Numbered from the stretch's first letter, positions 12,031-26,097 are shown. The stretch: DNA of 64,000 bases from Octopus sinensis (GCF_006345805.1 NC_043007.1:45322001-45386000); one strand, 5' to 3'. Made by a program: numbers and translations. Notes: generated from the sequence alone by a model not told the origin.

Positions 12031-12965
12031 AAAGTCGACCTCCACAGAATTCGAACTTAGAAAGTAAAGACGGACGACATGTTGCTAAGCATTTTACTCG
12101 GCATGCTAAGTTTTCTCTTAGCTCGCCGCATTAGAAATCTGAGATAATAGTCAGAACGCATCGAATTATTTTCAATGTCGACTTATATTTTTTTTGTGCA
12201 TTAGTTTTTGTTTGAAAAATAAATCGAAGTGAGGCTTTCAAAATTTTTACAAATAAGCATCGATTATGTCTATATTTATTTTTAAATTTTGAAATAATTT
12301 TAATTAAATACGATGTTTAAGTCTCACTACAAAATTTACGCATTTGAAATTTATATCACTTATTAAGTGTTTTGAAAAAAGAGAAGTATCAAAAACATAT
12401 ATATATAGAAAATCAATTGTGCACTTGTTAAAAATAGATATATAATTGCATCCTAAAAAATAAAAATAAATTTTAGAGAAGTAACTGTCAAAAACTTACA
12501 GTCCTTTGTGGTTTATTTGAGTTTAGATGAGAATGCTAAATACTGTGTCAGAACTTCATTCGGGAGAGATGAGTAGAGTATGGAAGGATGGGAGGGAAAT
12601 TTTGCAGAAGCGATAGATAAGATTTTAGTTTGAATTATATTCAATTTGATGTGAAATTAATAAAGAAAATATTCGATATTCTCTATTTTCGTTCATGAAT
12701 TATCAAGAGATGCGTGAACAGATAAAAAAAAAAAAACCGGTGAAAAAACTATAAGACAAAAAGAAATGTCCTGATTAGTGTCACCCGAATCGTAATATTT
12801 GCATAAAATTTGCTTTTATATAAGTATTATCATCAAAGAATGTTAAATGAAGCTTATGAGCTTACGAGAGATATATTTTATTAACATTGTTGAATGTGGC
12901 ATACATACATACATACATACTACATACATACATACATACATACAATGTGTGTCTGTGTGTGTGTG

Positions 12966-13012
<47 letters not shown>

Positions 13013-13389
13013 TTAAATAGCAAAGTAAAGGTCGGGTCAAAACCAATGTGTACACAATTAAAATAGAGTAATGCTTACGCAGGTACCGAAGTACAGGCAG
13101 AAAAATATTCAGATTATGTAGACGTTTAACTGTACCCGACTGAGGCTAAACAGGAAACATACATTGCAGTTAACGTACGGTACATAATGTACTTCGGTTC
13201 TACTCAAGGTCTAAGTCTCGAGTGAGATCAATAATAAATAAGAACAGATAGATAACGTTCCAACGAGTTTGTAATCCATTAAGGTGATATTACGTAATTA
13301 GAAAAACGTTTTCATCAGGTAAATATATGAATCATTACATTCAAAGCACTCAGAAGCCAACAGCTAGTGTCACATCATCATTCTATGAT

Positions 13390-13992
13390 CAGGGGCGGAC
13401 CCAAGTGGAGGCCTGATGGGCACGTACCACCCTCAAGAGAAGAAGTGCACCCTTCTAAATAATGCTATTACGCCATTTTCTCCTGGAATTGTTTCCCTTC
13501 TGATCTTATGCCCTCCCTCCAAAGAATTCCTAAAACCGCGTCTGATGACCATTGGCTGTCGTAACAATGAATTTGTTCAAATTGATAGAATTAGAGGGGA
13601 AAATACTTTGATGTCAGGCCACTTGTAACGAAGATTAAAGAAACGAATGTTGCGGTAGGGGAAAATCAGACAGCGAAGCATTTCGCCCCTACACCTTGGA
13701 TAGCTTCTTTTATTTTTTATCTTATTTTACTGTTCAACAAGAGGTTTTTGTGCTAAGTACAAAGGGTAAGGTCAACCAGTTATTTATGTATCTACTTATT
13801 TAGTTATTTATTTAATAGCCTTCCATATGCTCCGTAGTGGCAAAATGCATCGTTATTTGATTCTCCCCTACCCGATGCACTAACCTCCCTCATTGCTATA
13901 AATCTTCGTAAACGCCTGACACCAAGGTATTTTCTCCTAATAAACTGAACAAACAAGTTCATTCTCACGACTGGCAATGGGCATAGAATCAT
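13390..13992. mobile_element. Old MITE-like unit (CAGGGGCGG start) plus imperfect inverted repeat 13545-13700 / 13820-13992
   Basis: Revcomp of 13900-13985 matches 13545-13635, and GGTAGGGGAAAATCAG...GCATTTCGCCCCTAC has an inverted counterpart at ~13830-13870. 13445-13640 is also duplicated at 11175-11367. Confidence 0.6.
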
Positions 13993-14170
13993 GAAGTGGC
14001 ACAGGATGTCGGCTTTTGGGTGTGTTATCGAATGTTGTGATTCATGTATTCACCTGATGAAAATGGCTTTTTCTAATGGTGTAATACTCCATTAATCAAT
14101 TACAAACTAGTTGGTAACAGCTGTAGTGGTTTGATACACATTATTCATATGTTGCTATATATATATATAT

Positions 14171-14212
<42 letters not shown>

Positions 14213-14980
14213 CTAGATAGATAGATGTACTTATACATATACATATATATATATTCATTTATATTTATACATAAGTATATGTAAATAAATACTATATGTG
14301 AATATATATGATCTGCATAATATACTTGTAATAATATGTGCGTGAGTGTGTGTGCGAGTGTGTGCACGTGTGTGTGTTTCACTCTCTTTGCATACGTTTA
14401 TGTCTCTTGCTTGCATCAAACAGTGTTGATCAATTCTCATGCTGATGGCTCCTATTGTGGAAGAAATTGTGTCCAATTTTCACAAGATAATACTCCCGTC
14501 TTTTTCCCTAACCAATGTCAAGTGTATAGAATTCTTAATTCTTGAGAATATCTCTGTTTCTCACATGGAGCTGATCTGGTCTCAATAGCCATTTGATTAT
14601 CATGACATATCCTTTACCGGTGGAGATAATATTGGTTTCAAATTCTCGCACAAAGATAGCAAATTCGGGTGAAGGACAAAGTCGATTACATCGGCTCCAG
14701 TGACCTATGGATATTGGTCACTGGGTTCAGAGGTGAAATCAACCGGGTAGCATTTGGACTCAAAACATAGAGACAGCCAAAATGCACTTAGCATTTTGCC
14801 CTATGCGCTAAGAATTCTACTAGCTTGCCGCCTCAATACACTAATTATTTTGTGTTGTGTGGTACTTTGATTTACATTTATTTGTCTGTAAATGTTCCTA
14901 TACGTGTCCATGGCTACTCTGAACTATTTCCCTTAGCTCAGTTTTGCGTTATGTGCACATACATATAAGCACGCGTGCAC

Positions 14981-15014
<34 letters not shown>

Positions 15015-15755
15015 CTACACACATATACACACACGCACGCACACACACAAACGCGCGCACGCATCTTTAAATAGAAGTATCTGAATCTGAAATGCGTATT
15101 TTAGGATTCCCTCCCGGGTACAATTAACTAAATTCAATCCCTCAAAGTTTTAGAAACTGAGAAATAATCTTGTTGACTGTCAACAATCATAGATGCTACA
15201 CACTTCTGTAGAGTATGAGTATTGGATACTTAATATAAACAGAAATTGTGTTTACATATCTCTAAAAAGGAAGTTTACCATACGGTTGGTTTTACTCTTT
15301 TGAAATGGTCCATATTTACATAGAGACAATATGTCGTAGCTTTAAATATCCTTAATGTTACTTATTTTCTAAACACTTATTGGTTTTATGCCTCTAGGTG
15401 GCAATATACTGCTTTCAACACATTGATGTTTAGAAATCTGTATTAAATATTCCGGATTCTGTATTTTTCTCGTTTTCTTTTTATCTCATACGGGATCTCT
15501 GAAGGAAGGTTTTGGTTTAAATTCACAAGTAGATTAGCAAATCCAAAACAATATTTCGTTTATTTCATTATATTTTTTTCTATTGCTTTTTGTGGTTCTC
15601 TTCGTATGAATCTACAATCACTATTGAGAAACATGGTGCAGTAATATCGTGCAATCATCTGCATCTCGCTCGCAGTAACTTGCTGAAAAAGGAATTCACC
15701 AGTAAGTTTCGAGAATGATGTATAACAATAACAAAAATATATGTCCACAAGAATG

Positions 15756-15799
<44 letters not shown>

Positions 15800-15831
15800 T
15801 ATGCACATATATATATATATATATAATATAT

Positions 15832-15875
<44 letters not shown>

Positions 15876-16064
15876 TATGTATATTATAAATACAATTGTA
15901 GTGCAGAAGGTGTTTATAAGCCATTTAAGAAACACACAAAATCTGTTAGATTACTTCAACGTTATATATATATAATATATATGCATATATGTGTGTTTGT
16001 GTGTGTGTATGCATATATATCTTAATACATTAATATATGTAAATATGTATATATATATATATAT

Positions 16065-16108
<44 letters not shown>

Positions 16109-16198
16109 TATAGGGAGTAAATCCAAACTTACAGGGAAAATTTAGATTTAGGATTAAATCTAATTTTATAGTATAAATATATATATATATATATATTA

Positions 16199-16382
16199 AA
16201 TTAGTGACAAAACCACTATAGGCAAATCAAACAGTGAAAATCATAAACAAATGCATAGAAATAAAATTAATTAATAAAAAATACATAAAATATAAAATTC
16301 AAAATTTAAAATATTTAAATTAAGTTAAATTAAAAAAATATTTAAAAATAATTATAATTATAATAAATATATATATTATATA

Positions 16383-16436
<54 letters not shown>

Positions 16437-16638
16437 TATTATTTATTTATTTATTTATAATTAAAAAAAAATATACTATCAACAAGTATTAAAGGTTAAT
16501 ATAAGATAAAGAGTAAAACCACACACACATATATTTTAAATTCTGAATTTATATTATATATTTTTTATTAATTAATTTTATTTTACGTATTGGTTATGAT
16601 TTTCACTGTTTGTGATTTGCCTAATAGTGGTTTGTCTC

Positions 16639-16642
<4 letters not shown>
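16199..16642. repeat. Inverted pair of ~115-bp AT-rich units bounded by (TA)n
   Basis: 16199-16314 aligns with revcomp of 16531-16642 (GACAAAACCACTAT-AGGCAAATCA-AACAGTGAAAATCATAA...). Confidence 0.8.
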
Positions 16643-16699
<57 letters not shown>

Positions 16700-16701
<2 letters not shown>

Positions 16702-16920
16702 AAGTTAATCCAAACATGAAAACACAAAGAGAAAACACAACAACGCGAGGACGTGGAACAAGTATAGTGTTATTGGACGCTCAGGAAAGAAGGAAAGATG
16801 CAGCAGAATTATCTTATCGAGCGGAGCTCTTCGTCAGAAACATAGGAAAAGAAAATATCCATGGAAGGGAAGACGGGGGAGAAAAAATATCGCCAACGAT
16901 ACATACTCGGTCACACACAA
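16700..16920 (-). mobile_element. Family B repeat, second copy (hammerhead GAAA mutated)
   Basis: CTGACGA-A-GAGC(TCC)GCTC is kept at 16818-16837 (minus) but is followed by GATAAG instead of GAAACG. Confidence 0.75.
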
Positions 16921-16992
16921 CACACATACACACACACACATATATATATATATGTATATATATATATACATACAAACATACATACATACATG

Positions 16993-17967
16993 TAGCGTGC
17001 GATGGGTACGGTATCGCCATTTTATATTTGTAATTTCGCGAATGCGCATTGTATGTTATTGATTTTCTCGACAACACAGTACAGTAGTGTCAGTTGGACA
17101 CCGTCTGTGAGAAAAACAGTACCATGGCGCAATTCACTGTGTCGGACATTTGGAAACGATATTGCTGTACTGCTTGGCATTCGCGCCAGAAGCTCCAATG
17201 CGAACATTTCAGGGTGTTTGGGTGTCAATCTGAGGACAGTGCAGAAGATTCGAAAACAGTTTGAAGAGTCTAATGGTGATTATGAAGTTACGGCACTTAG
17301 GAAAACTCACTATGATCGGTCTGATAAGAAAAGAACTCCAGAATTTGTTGGTGAGATCCAGACTATGATTAAAACCGATCCCTCGGGATAAAAATCAAGC
17401 ATCCTGTCAACATCATAGTGCTTGGAGCGATCACTAGTGACGGTGACGTTATCCTTCCAGTATTCTTCTCACACGGCCTCCCACTCAAGACAGAGGATTA
17501 CATTAAGTGCCTGGGGAAGGTGTGGCTGCTAGAAGATCCTATGCCTGGAGACAGGTATCTGCACCATGCCACAATAGCAGGAGAACCCAGTCATGGCTGT
17601 CAGACTATTTCTGCGACAACATCATCTCTAACATCTGGCCACCTAACTCCCTAGACAGTAACCCCGCTTGATTATTATGTGTGGGGCGCAGCTAAGCAAG
17701 AATCCAACGAAACTCCTTTTAACAGCAAAGATGAACTGAAGGTAAGGATTATGGTAGCATTCACGAAATTAAACAAGGAGACCGCCCAGAAGATTTGCAG
17801 TAGATTCTGAAGCCGTCTGGTGATCGTAGTTGAAGCCAATGGCGATTTTTGTTGAATATATTTACTCATTAGTATTTCAAGATATTTTCATGTAATTTTA
17901 CTAAATATATCCGTTAAAAGGATTTCATTTTGCGTAATTTAGACGACAGTTTATTCAACGCATCCTG
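16993..17967 (+). mobile_element. Internally deleted maT/DD37D-like mariner transposon
   Basis: N-terminal HTH-like LGVNLRTVQKIRK (ORF 17002), MLGAITSDGDV (ORF 17418), and IWPPNS...NPLDYYVWG at ~17630-17690. The terminus ...GCATCCTG|TA has a related left end. Confidence 0.8.
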
Positions 17968-18922
17968 TATGTATTATGTATGTATGTATGTATGTATGTA
18001 TGTATGTATGTATATATATATATATATATATCTATATATATATATATCTATATATAATACATATATATTATATATGTGTGTGTGTGTGTATACATTGTAT
18101 ATATTTTTATATATACTTTTTATCGGATGAATGCGAGTTCTTCCTTTAATTGGAATCATTTCAAAAAGGTTTTCTATGTCTTTTCTTCATACTTTACTTT
18201 TGAATTTGCTTATATAAATTCGTACCGGTATGAAAACTTGTATAGAAATAATCAATATATGATTTGACTTATTAAACACAGTTCAATCAAATTCATCCAT
18301 ATTTATGTAATGGAGGATATTAGATGTTAAAATGGATTACAGTTTTAATTTTTCATGTTGCTCTAGAAGTTGTTTCATACAAAAAAAAAACTCATGTATT
18401 CATAAATGGAAAATCGTAAGAGCCATATTTGTATTCGTCGGTAGATGGTATAAAAACTAAAAAAAAAAACACATTAGAAGTACATAGATTTTCTCTTAGT
18501 TATTTTGGATTAATATATTCGTTCTTGTAGTCTTCTGTCACTCTGTTGCTTCAACTAAATATTAATAGAAATATACATATATAAATTTTATGACTATTCC
18601 TTTTTCATCACCATCCCTATATACATACATACATACATACATACACACATATAGTGTTAAGTTAATATAAGAAAATGGAGAAGAAATACAGTAGATACTT
18701 ATTTAATTTAATTTGTATCACTATGAAAATATATCAAATAATGTAATACGTATAAGATTTAAAGGAACACAATTAACATAAGAAATAGAGATTACCGATG
18801 CCTACACATGTTTCAATCCGGCCACTTGGTGAACATTGCTCCAGGTCATCACGATTCGAACCATGTTATATGTAAAAGAACCATCACAGTATGACCAAAC
18901 GAGAAAATTACATCCTCAATAT

Positions 18923-18984
<62 letters not shown>

Positions 18985-20143
18985 GTGTGTGTGTATGTAT
19001 GTATGTTATATAATATGTATAAACACTCGCGCAAATCTGTATTAACAGAGAGAAAGAATGGAAGATAGTGATAATAGTAAACAACGTTTTTGTCAATCTT
19101 GACCGGATGGAAGGAAAAGTCGATCTAGGCACGATTTGAATTTAGAGCATGTAAGCAGGTTATGTATCCGAAGCTCTAACGACTCCGCCAATCGGACCCG
19201 TTATACGTATACACACACAATATCCCCAAGGTGCAGTCCCTCTACATAAGCTAGCTACTACCTATTCAGATTGAAAATATAAAGAATTTTTCTATACAAG
19301 GAATTATAAGATTTCCAAGACAGTAAAAGAACAATAATTAATTTAGGAATTTCATGAATATATATGATGTACGAATTTCGTTTACGGAATTCAAGGAATA
19401 TATATAATGCATGAATTTCATGTATGCTGTTCATTGAAAGTATATATTGTATGAAACTTCACGTATACAATTTCGTCAATGTATATAATGTGTGTATTCC
19501 GTGCATAAGAGAGTAAATGTTTTCATGTTATGCTAGCATCCAATCTTCTGCCTTTCAAGTTCAATATACATAATACGCAGAACGCTAATAGTTATTCGTT
19601 CTGCGAGAGAAACTACAAATAACTAAACTACTAAACGAAGTAGGATAATGCGATAGTTATTAACGATAAAAAAAGGTAATAATGCATGTTTGATAAATCC
19701 TTCCAATTGCAAAATACGAGCCTTCAGTTAAAATGTCTGGTGCCACTGTCATTTTGTGTACGATCCTGTAAGAGTATAAATACCATATTGGATTTACAAG
19801 AAATTTACCGGTAAAGATTTGGTTTTACCGAAATATAGGATTAACAATGGCAGATTGTTACACGTTAGACTAATTACGGATAGTCATCAGTCATACATTT
19901 ACCATTCTATGCTCTTCAATAATTTTAACCATCAATTCAACTATTATCGACTTCCTTGATAACATCGGATTCAACAGATATCTGGCATAAGCCTTTTACA
20001 AAATCCAGAGGATAACGTTTCTCATATTTATATAGAATCGTGCCGACCTTTCACAGTATTTATGAACCTAATCAACGACATTTGCAAAAGAAAACCCAGC
20101 CTCTTTCCTCATAAATAATATTACTAGATTAAAACAATATTTG

Positions 20144-20547
20144 GGATCTTTTCGGTTTGAACGGCAGTTTTTAACAATTTTTAGGTAACTAAAAAATTTT
20201 AAACTTCGTATACTGGTAGAATTTGTTTATAAAACATCGTTTTCTCTTGGCTTTATTGAGAAAATTCTATAGTTTGTAAGATATTTGTTGTTTTTCTTCA
20301 ATTTCTGCAATTTCAACCAATCACTGACGTCTATTGAGGTAAAAAACATTCTGTGCCGTATGAATATGTCCCTCGTTTAAGAAACAGATTGGGTTTATTT
20401 ACATTTGTGAAGAAAAAGAAATACCCTTCCTGCCACCCCTAACACTAAAACATTGAAATGCAATAGATCGATACTAGGGTCATAATTATGGGTGACAATT
20501 TCATATGACACCGCTAGAAAAAACTGCCGTTCAAACCGAAAAGATCC
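20144..20547. mobile_element. 404-bp MITE with perfect 29-bp TIRs
   Basis: GGATCTTTTCGGTTTGAACGGCAGTTTTT at 20144 and its exact reverse complement ending at 20547; no ORF. Confidence 0.9.
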
Positions 20548-22144
20548 AAAAATCCGAGTTCGATTCCACTGTCTGGAATCGAACTCGGGATTAGTAACCC
20601 GCGATCTTAACCACTGCGCCATATGTCCTATTTTGTTTAAAGCTTAAATATTATCTAGAAAAAGAAAAACAGATCAAATAAACCTATACTTGATAGTGAA
20701 AACCAATGATTACCGAAAGCGTTTACAGAAGTTTTTCAAATATTTTCTATCTATTAGGAATGTGTGTTAACCTATTATATATATAAGCACTGAACACCTA
20801 ATATGTTTCTCCTATTGATACAAATAACAAACAGCAAGATTTGTATGTCAACAAACATATCTTGGTGGATATTTTAGAGGAGATTCTTCTAAGCAAACGC
20901 TACATTATATTGGCGATATCATGTATTCAAGTGTATTTTTTCCTGGCAAATACATTTTCATTGAAATACGGTCAATAAGGTTTTGTATTAGTCTGTTACT
21001 TATGAACTAGAATATCCGCAGGTTGAATTTTTTTTATATTTATGTAATGGCGTAATGAAATTACATGCAGTTGCCTTCGGTTTATTTACGTTTTCTGAAC
21101 GATTACCTTCTGTCCATTATAAGTTAAAGGTTAATGGAAAGGTAGTGTAAAACAGATTTCTTCTGCCAAAAGGTAAATATGGATGTTAGAAACAGTAGAC
21201 TGTCAGAAATGAAGATTACATTGCAGCGTTAAATGTGAATAGTCATGATGGAAGTGATTTCTACAGTTACTACGTGACACGGAATGATTCTAAAATCATA
21301 ATAAAGGGGACGGAAATATTTACAGTAAAAAAAAAAAGAAAAACCAAAACCAAAACAGGAAAATATCCCGGCCCAACTCAATTTTTTCTCTTCTCACGAA
21401 CATTAACAAATCTTGTTCTGTCTTTCTGCTATGGAGTAACCTGAAGGGCAAGTGAAACTGTTCAAATTTCAGCTGCGCTAAATTCAACGAGTTTCATGGT
21501 GAACAGATACCACTCCGGAGGATTTAGTGTAAGTTTTAAACATTTTATGAATATTAAAAGAAAATAATTTCTTACCGAATTGAAGAATAATTTTCCAACT
21601 CACCTGCAAAGAGAAATTGATAAATATATGGATACATTTAAGGAATGGTTTTGTTTTGTGTAAACGAAACAAAAAATCACATTTTATGCAGACATAGAGG
21701 TAAAAATTTGTTTTTACCTTAATTTTAACAAGGTAGAATTGTTTTAATACGGAACATAACATATACTCTATCTTTTACTTGTTTCAACATTAGACTACGG
21801 CCATACTGGGGCACCGCCTTCAGGAATTTTAAATCAAATGAATCAACCTTAGTACATTTAAAAAAAAAATCTACCGGTCTCTTTTGCAGAACTGAAAGGT
21901 TATGGGCATGTAAATACACCCGCACCGATTGAAATATATATACACGTATGTCTTTGTGTCTACATTTGCCTCCCACCACCGCCGCTTGTCAATCGGTGTT
22001 GGTGTGATTACATCCCCAAAACTTATCAGTTCTGCAAAAGTGACCGATATATATATATAGGTTAACGAGAGACGATAGAGGTATTATTTAACTTCATTAA
22101 TTTTCAAATATATTTAAATTCTTTTTCTTTTCTTTTCTGTGTGT

Positions 22145-22870
22145 GAATCATCTAATGCTATTTTGTACCGTGTGTTAACGATTCTGAGAGCTCGCTGCCT
22201 TAGAAAAATATTGACAATTATTTCTACTAATGACTTGAAATTTTAGGGGCGTGGGGTATTAGTCGATTACAAAGACCCTAATGCTTCACAGGTGCTCATT
22301 TTATCGATCCCGAAAGGTTGAACAGCAACGTTTACCATATCTGCATTACATGAACTCAAACCGTAAAGATGGACGAAATGCCGCTAAACGTTTTGTCTGG
22401 CGACCTATCGATTCTGCCTGCTCGCTGCCTTTCTACTATCGACAAATGGCCTGAAATTTTGGATGAGGGACAATCGATTGCATCGTTTCCATTGCTCAGC
22501 TGGCTCTCATTTTTCCGACTCCGAAATGATGAGGCGAAGTCGAACTCAACGGAATTTGAATTCAGAACGTAAACCCGGACGAAATGCTGGTAAACATTAT
22601 GTCCGGCGTGTTAACGATTCTGCCAGGACGCTGTCTATGCAATTCTAGTAATAATGGTTTCATATTTTGGCACAAAGCCAGCAGTTTTGCGGTGGCGGGG
22701 TTAATCGATTACATCGACCCTAGAACACCACTAGCACTTATTTTATCGACATCGATATGGTGAAAGACAAAATCAACCTCGGCAGTATTTGAACTCAGAG
22801 CGTAAAGACGGGAAAATACTACTAAGCATTTTTTTCCGGCGTTCTAATGATTTTGCCAGCTCGCCGCCTC
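22145..22870 (-). mobile_element. Head-to-tail cluster of family-2 SINEs (one partial plus three near-full, all diverged)
   Basis: The head signature AACGATTCTGCCAGCTCGCCGCCT (variants) ends at ~22200, 22431, 22637 and 22870; spacers are ~15-30 nt. Confidence 0.8.
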
Positions 22871-24567
22871 AGCAGTAGTGAAATGTTTACTTTTCATTCA
22901 TTAAAGCTTAATCAGATGAGGAATGGCAGTTCCTATCACGCCTTTTGGAGAGGTTTTTTGACTATTCGGAAAAAGCAAGGAACTTATGCTAAAACATGAG
23001 AACTGGACGAAATGCTTCTAAAAGCGTCAAACATTTGAAAGGCAGCCATGGACCACGTTGTGGTGTTAAACCTGGTGTTGCATTAAGTGTTGTATTAATT
23101 TTAGACTTTGTTGCATTAATAACATAAAGCTTTATTGAGCAAATAAAATAAACTTTGTGAGAAAGATCTCCTAAGGTGCACTTTTGTACAGAGACAATAA
23201 TATGTCCAGTTTATAGCCGATTTTTTCATTATAAATGTGAGTAGATATGGATTTACTTAATAAGATGATTTCTTTAACATGTCTTAGCGGGGATCCAGCT
23301 CCCCTATGATCTAATGTGCTTCATCCATGTTCATTGTCACTTTTTTCTTAGACGTAAAGTATCTGAGCGAACATTGAAAGCGCTCTGAAATCACATTCTA
23401 TCATCTTGAACAGAATAGTAAGTTGGGAATGTCATCGAAAACTATTAGACTATGATGAAAGAGAGAGAGAAAGAAAGAGGAATTTTACTACTATTTTCTG
23501 CAGATCAAGTGACAACATGTCATCTCTCTCTCTCTCTCTCTATCTATCTCTCTCTATTTCTCTTTCTCGATCCCTCCCTCCCCCATCTCTCTCTCTCTTT
23601 CTCTTTCTGTCTCTCCTTATATTATTCATCGTTGTTTTCTTTTTCACATTTGACAAATATGAAAGCTGAGAAAAAAAAGAAAGAAATCTCTTTTACGAAA
23701 TCCAATGGGACGTGAAGAGGTGTTATGAGTTAGTGCGTCCCATCTGCTCCAATGGTTTATAGTTTTATTCGCTTGCAATGTTGAGTACAAATATCGCAAG
23801 ACACATCCTATGAACATCCTATTACACAGCTAAAAGTTCTCATACACGACTGATTGATGAGGCGTCATTAACCAGCACACGTAACTCATTATTATGATTT
23901 TCTACTACAATGGTCTCTGCTTTTAAACATCTATGAAACTGCATACCAGCACCAACTAGGCCCGCCTGACACCTCTTTTCGTCACTCATGCAATCTCCGT
24001 CACCCATGCAATCTCCGTCACCCTCTCTCTCCGCCATTTACACTATCTCTGTCTGGAGCCTTGTCCTAACACCTTATTCTCTCAATCCTTTCTTCTAATA
24101 TCCTAAGCGCACTGGAATTTCTTGGTCAAGTTAAAGTCTGCAAGCATAGCCATTTAGATGTTCAAATGAATAGCAATCACGTAATTCTCATTTGTCTGCA
24201 AGGATTTGGAATGATGCTGAATGCAGTGCCTTCCTACTTCCTGTTTAAGCCGTTAACAAATTATAAATAAACTAGCATAAATATAAATTGTAGAATGACT
24301 CTTCCGGAAGCTATTGATAGATACGACTGATTATCAACATGCAGGCACTAATTGATTCTCATTGACATAGACTGAAAGGTTAATTGCTTGTTTGATTAAT
24401 TATCTTAATTTGTGAAAGCCTGATCAAATTTGAGAACAGTTGAATTAGAATATATTGTATATTCACCAAAGCTATACACTATAATGATTTATCGTTTTTC
24501 TCTTCTTTACATGTATGAGAGTGCTTCAGGCATGTTGAAAGGAAATCAATATTTATGTAAAAGTAAT

Positions 24568-25550
24568 GCGGTGAGCTGGCAGAATCGTTAGCACACCGGG
24601 CAAAATGCTTAACGGCATTTCGTCCGTCCAAACGTTCTGAGTTCAAATTATGCCGTGGTCGTCCTTGCCTTTCATCCATTGGGGGTCGATGAAGTTAGTA
24701 CCAGTTGAGCACTGGGGTCGATGTAAACGACTTACCCCTCCCCCAGATTGCTGGACTTGTGCCACGGTTTGAAACCAATATCTTTATAAAAGTAAGGCCA
24801 TGAAGTGTTAGAATTGTTAGCATGCCCGGCAATATGCTATGTGGTATTTCGTCCGTCTTTACGTTCTACTTCAAATTCCGCTGAGGTTGACTTTTGGCTT
24901 TGTGCTGAAATTTGAATTCATTATTTATGAAAAGTACTTAGGAGTGACTGTGGTAAGTAGCTTGCTTACCAACCACATGGTTCTGGGTTCAGGCCCACTG
25001 CTTGAAACTTTGGTCAAATGTCTTCTACTATAGCCTCGGGCCGACCAAAGCCTTGTGAGTGGATTTGGTAGACGGAAACTGAAAGAAGCCCCTTCGTATA
25101 TATATATGTATATGTATAAATGTGTGTGTGTATTTGTGTGTCTGTGATTGTCTCACCTCCAATATCGCTTGACAACCGATGCTGGTGTGTTTACGTCCGC
25201 GTAACTTAGCGGTTCGGCAAAAAAGATCGATAAAATAAGTACTAGGCTTACAAAGAATAAGTCCTGGGTTCGATTTGCTCGACTAAAGGCGGTGCTCCAG
25301 CATGGACACAGTCAAATGACTGAAACAATTAAAAGAATTAAAAAGAGAAAGTAGGCGACGGGCTTGCAGAACGGTTAACACGTCAGACACCATACTTAGC
25401 GGCATTTCTTCCAGCTCATTACCCCGTCAGTTCAAATTCCGCCCAGATCGAATTTCTTTTCATCCTTTCCCGGACAGTAAAGTAAGGAGCAGTGTAATCG
25501 ACTAGCTCCCTCCCCACAAATTTCAGGGTTAGTTCCTATAATAGAGAGAA
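24568..25550 (+). mobile_element. SINE cluster: family 2 (24568-24780, 24800-24905, 25352-25550) and family 1 (24941-25345)
   Basis: GCGGTGAGCTGGCAGAATCGTTAGCAC head and GAGTTCAAATT B-box-like motif; full family-1 copy with internal (TA)/(TG) tract. Confidence 0.8.
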
Positions 25551-25924
25551 TTATTTATAAACTACAACAATGTTATCTGCCATTAGTCCTATACCATTAG
25601 TCCTACAGTTTGACCACCGTGGGTAACATCAGGACCCATGTTATATATACCATAATTATGATTCAACTTTATGAAATTTCTTGGTGATGAAAAGATTACT
25701 AATTGCCAAATACCAAAATATTTATTTTAGAATAATATTTTATAAAAAACTATGAAAAGTAACTGATAACAAAATTATACACCGTGTTGATTTTATGATA
25801 TAGAAGTGCACACACACACACACTCGCGCGAAAATATGGAATCGAATATAAGAGGTAATTGAATTGAGTGTATGCGTACATATGAACGTATACATGTATC
25901 AGTGTATACACACACGCATTCAAA

Positions 25925-26052
25925 AACATACATAAATATATATATATATAAATATATATATATACACATATGCACACACACACACGTATATATATGCGTG
26001 TGTGTATGTGTATGTGTATATATATATGTATGTATAAATATATATGTATATA

Positions 26053-26097
<45 letters not shown>

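Noticed and set aside
18801-18856. Minus-strand GTGATGA...GAAACATGTGTA hammerhead-like string
   Set aside because: Stem II is not flush with the core and stem I barely pairs. It may be a very decayed PLE terminus but is not supportable.
20574-20625. tRNA genes suggested by A/B boxes (also 6575, 60605, 62221)
   Set aside because: No complete cloverleaf with an acceptor stem is seen; these are SINE heads.
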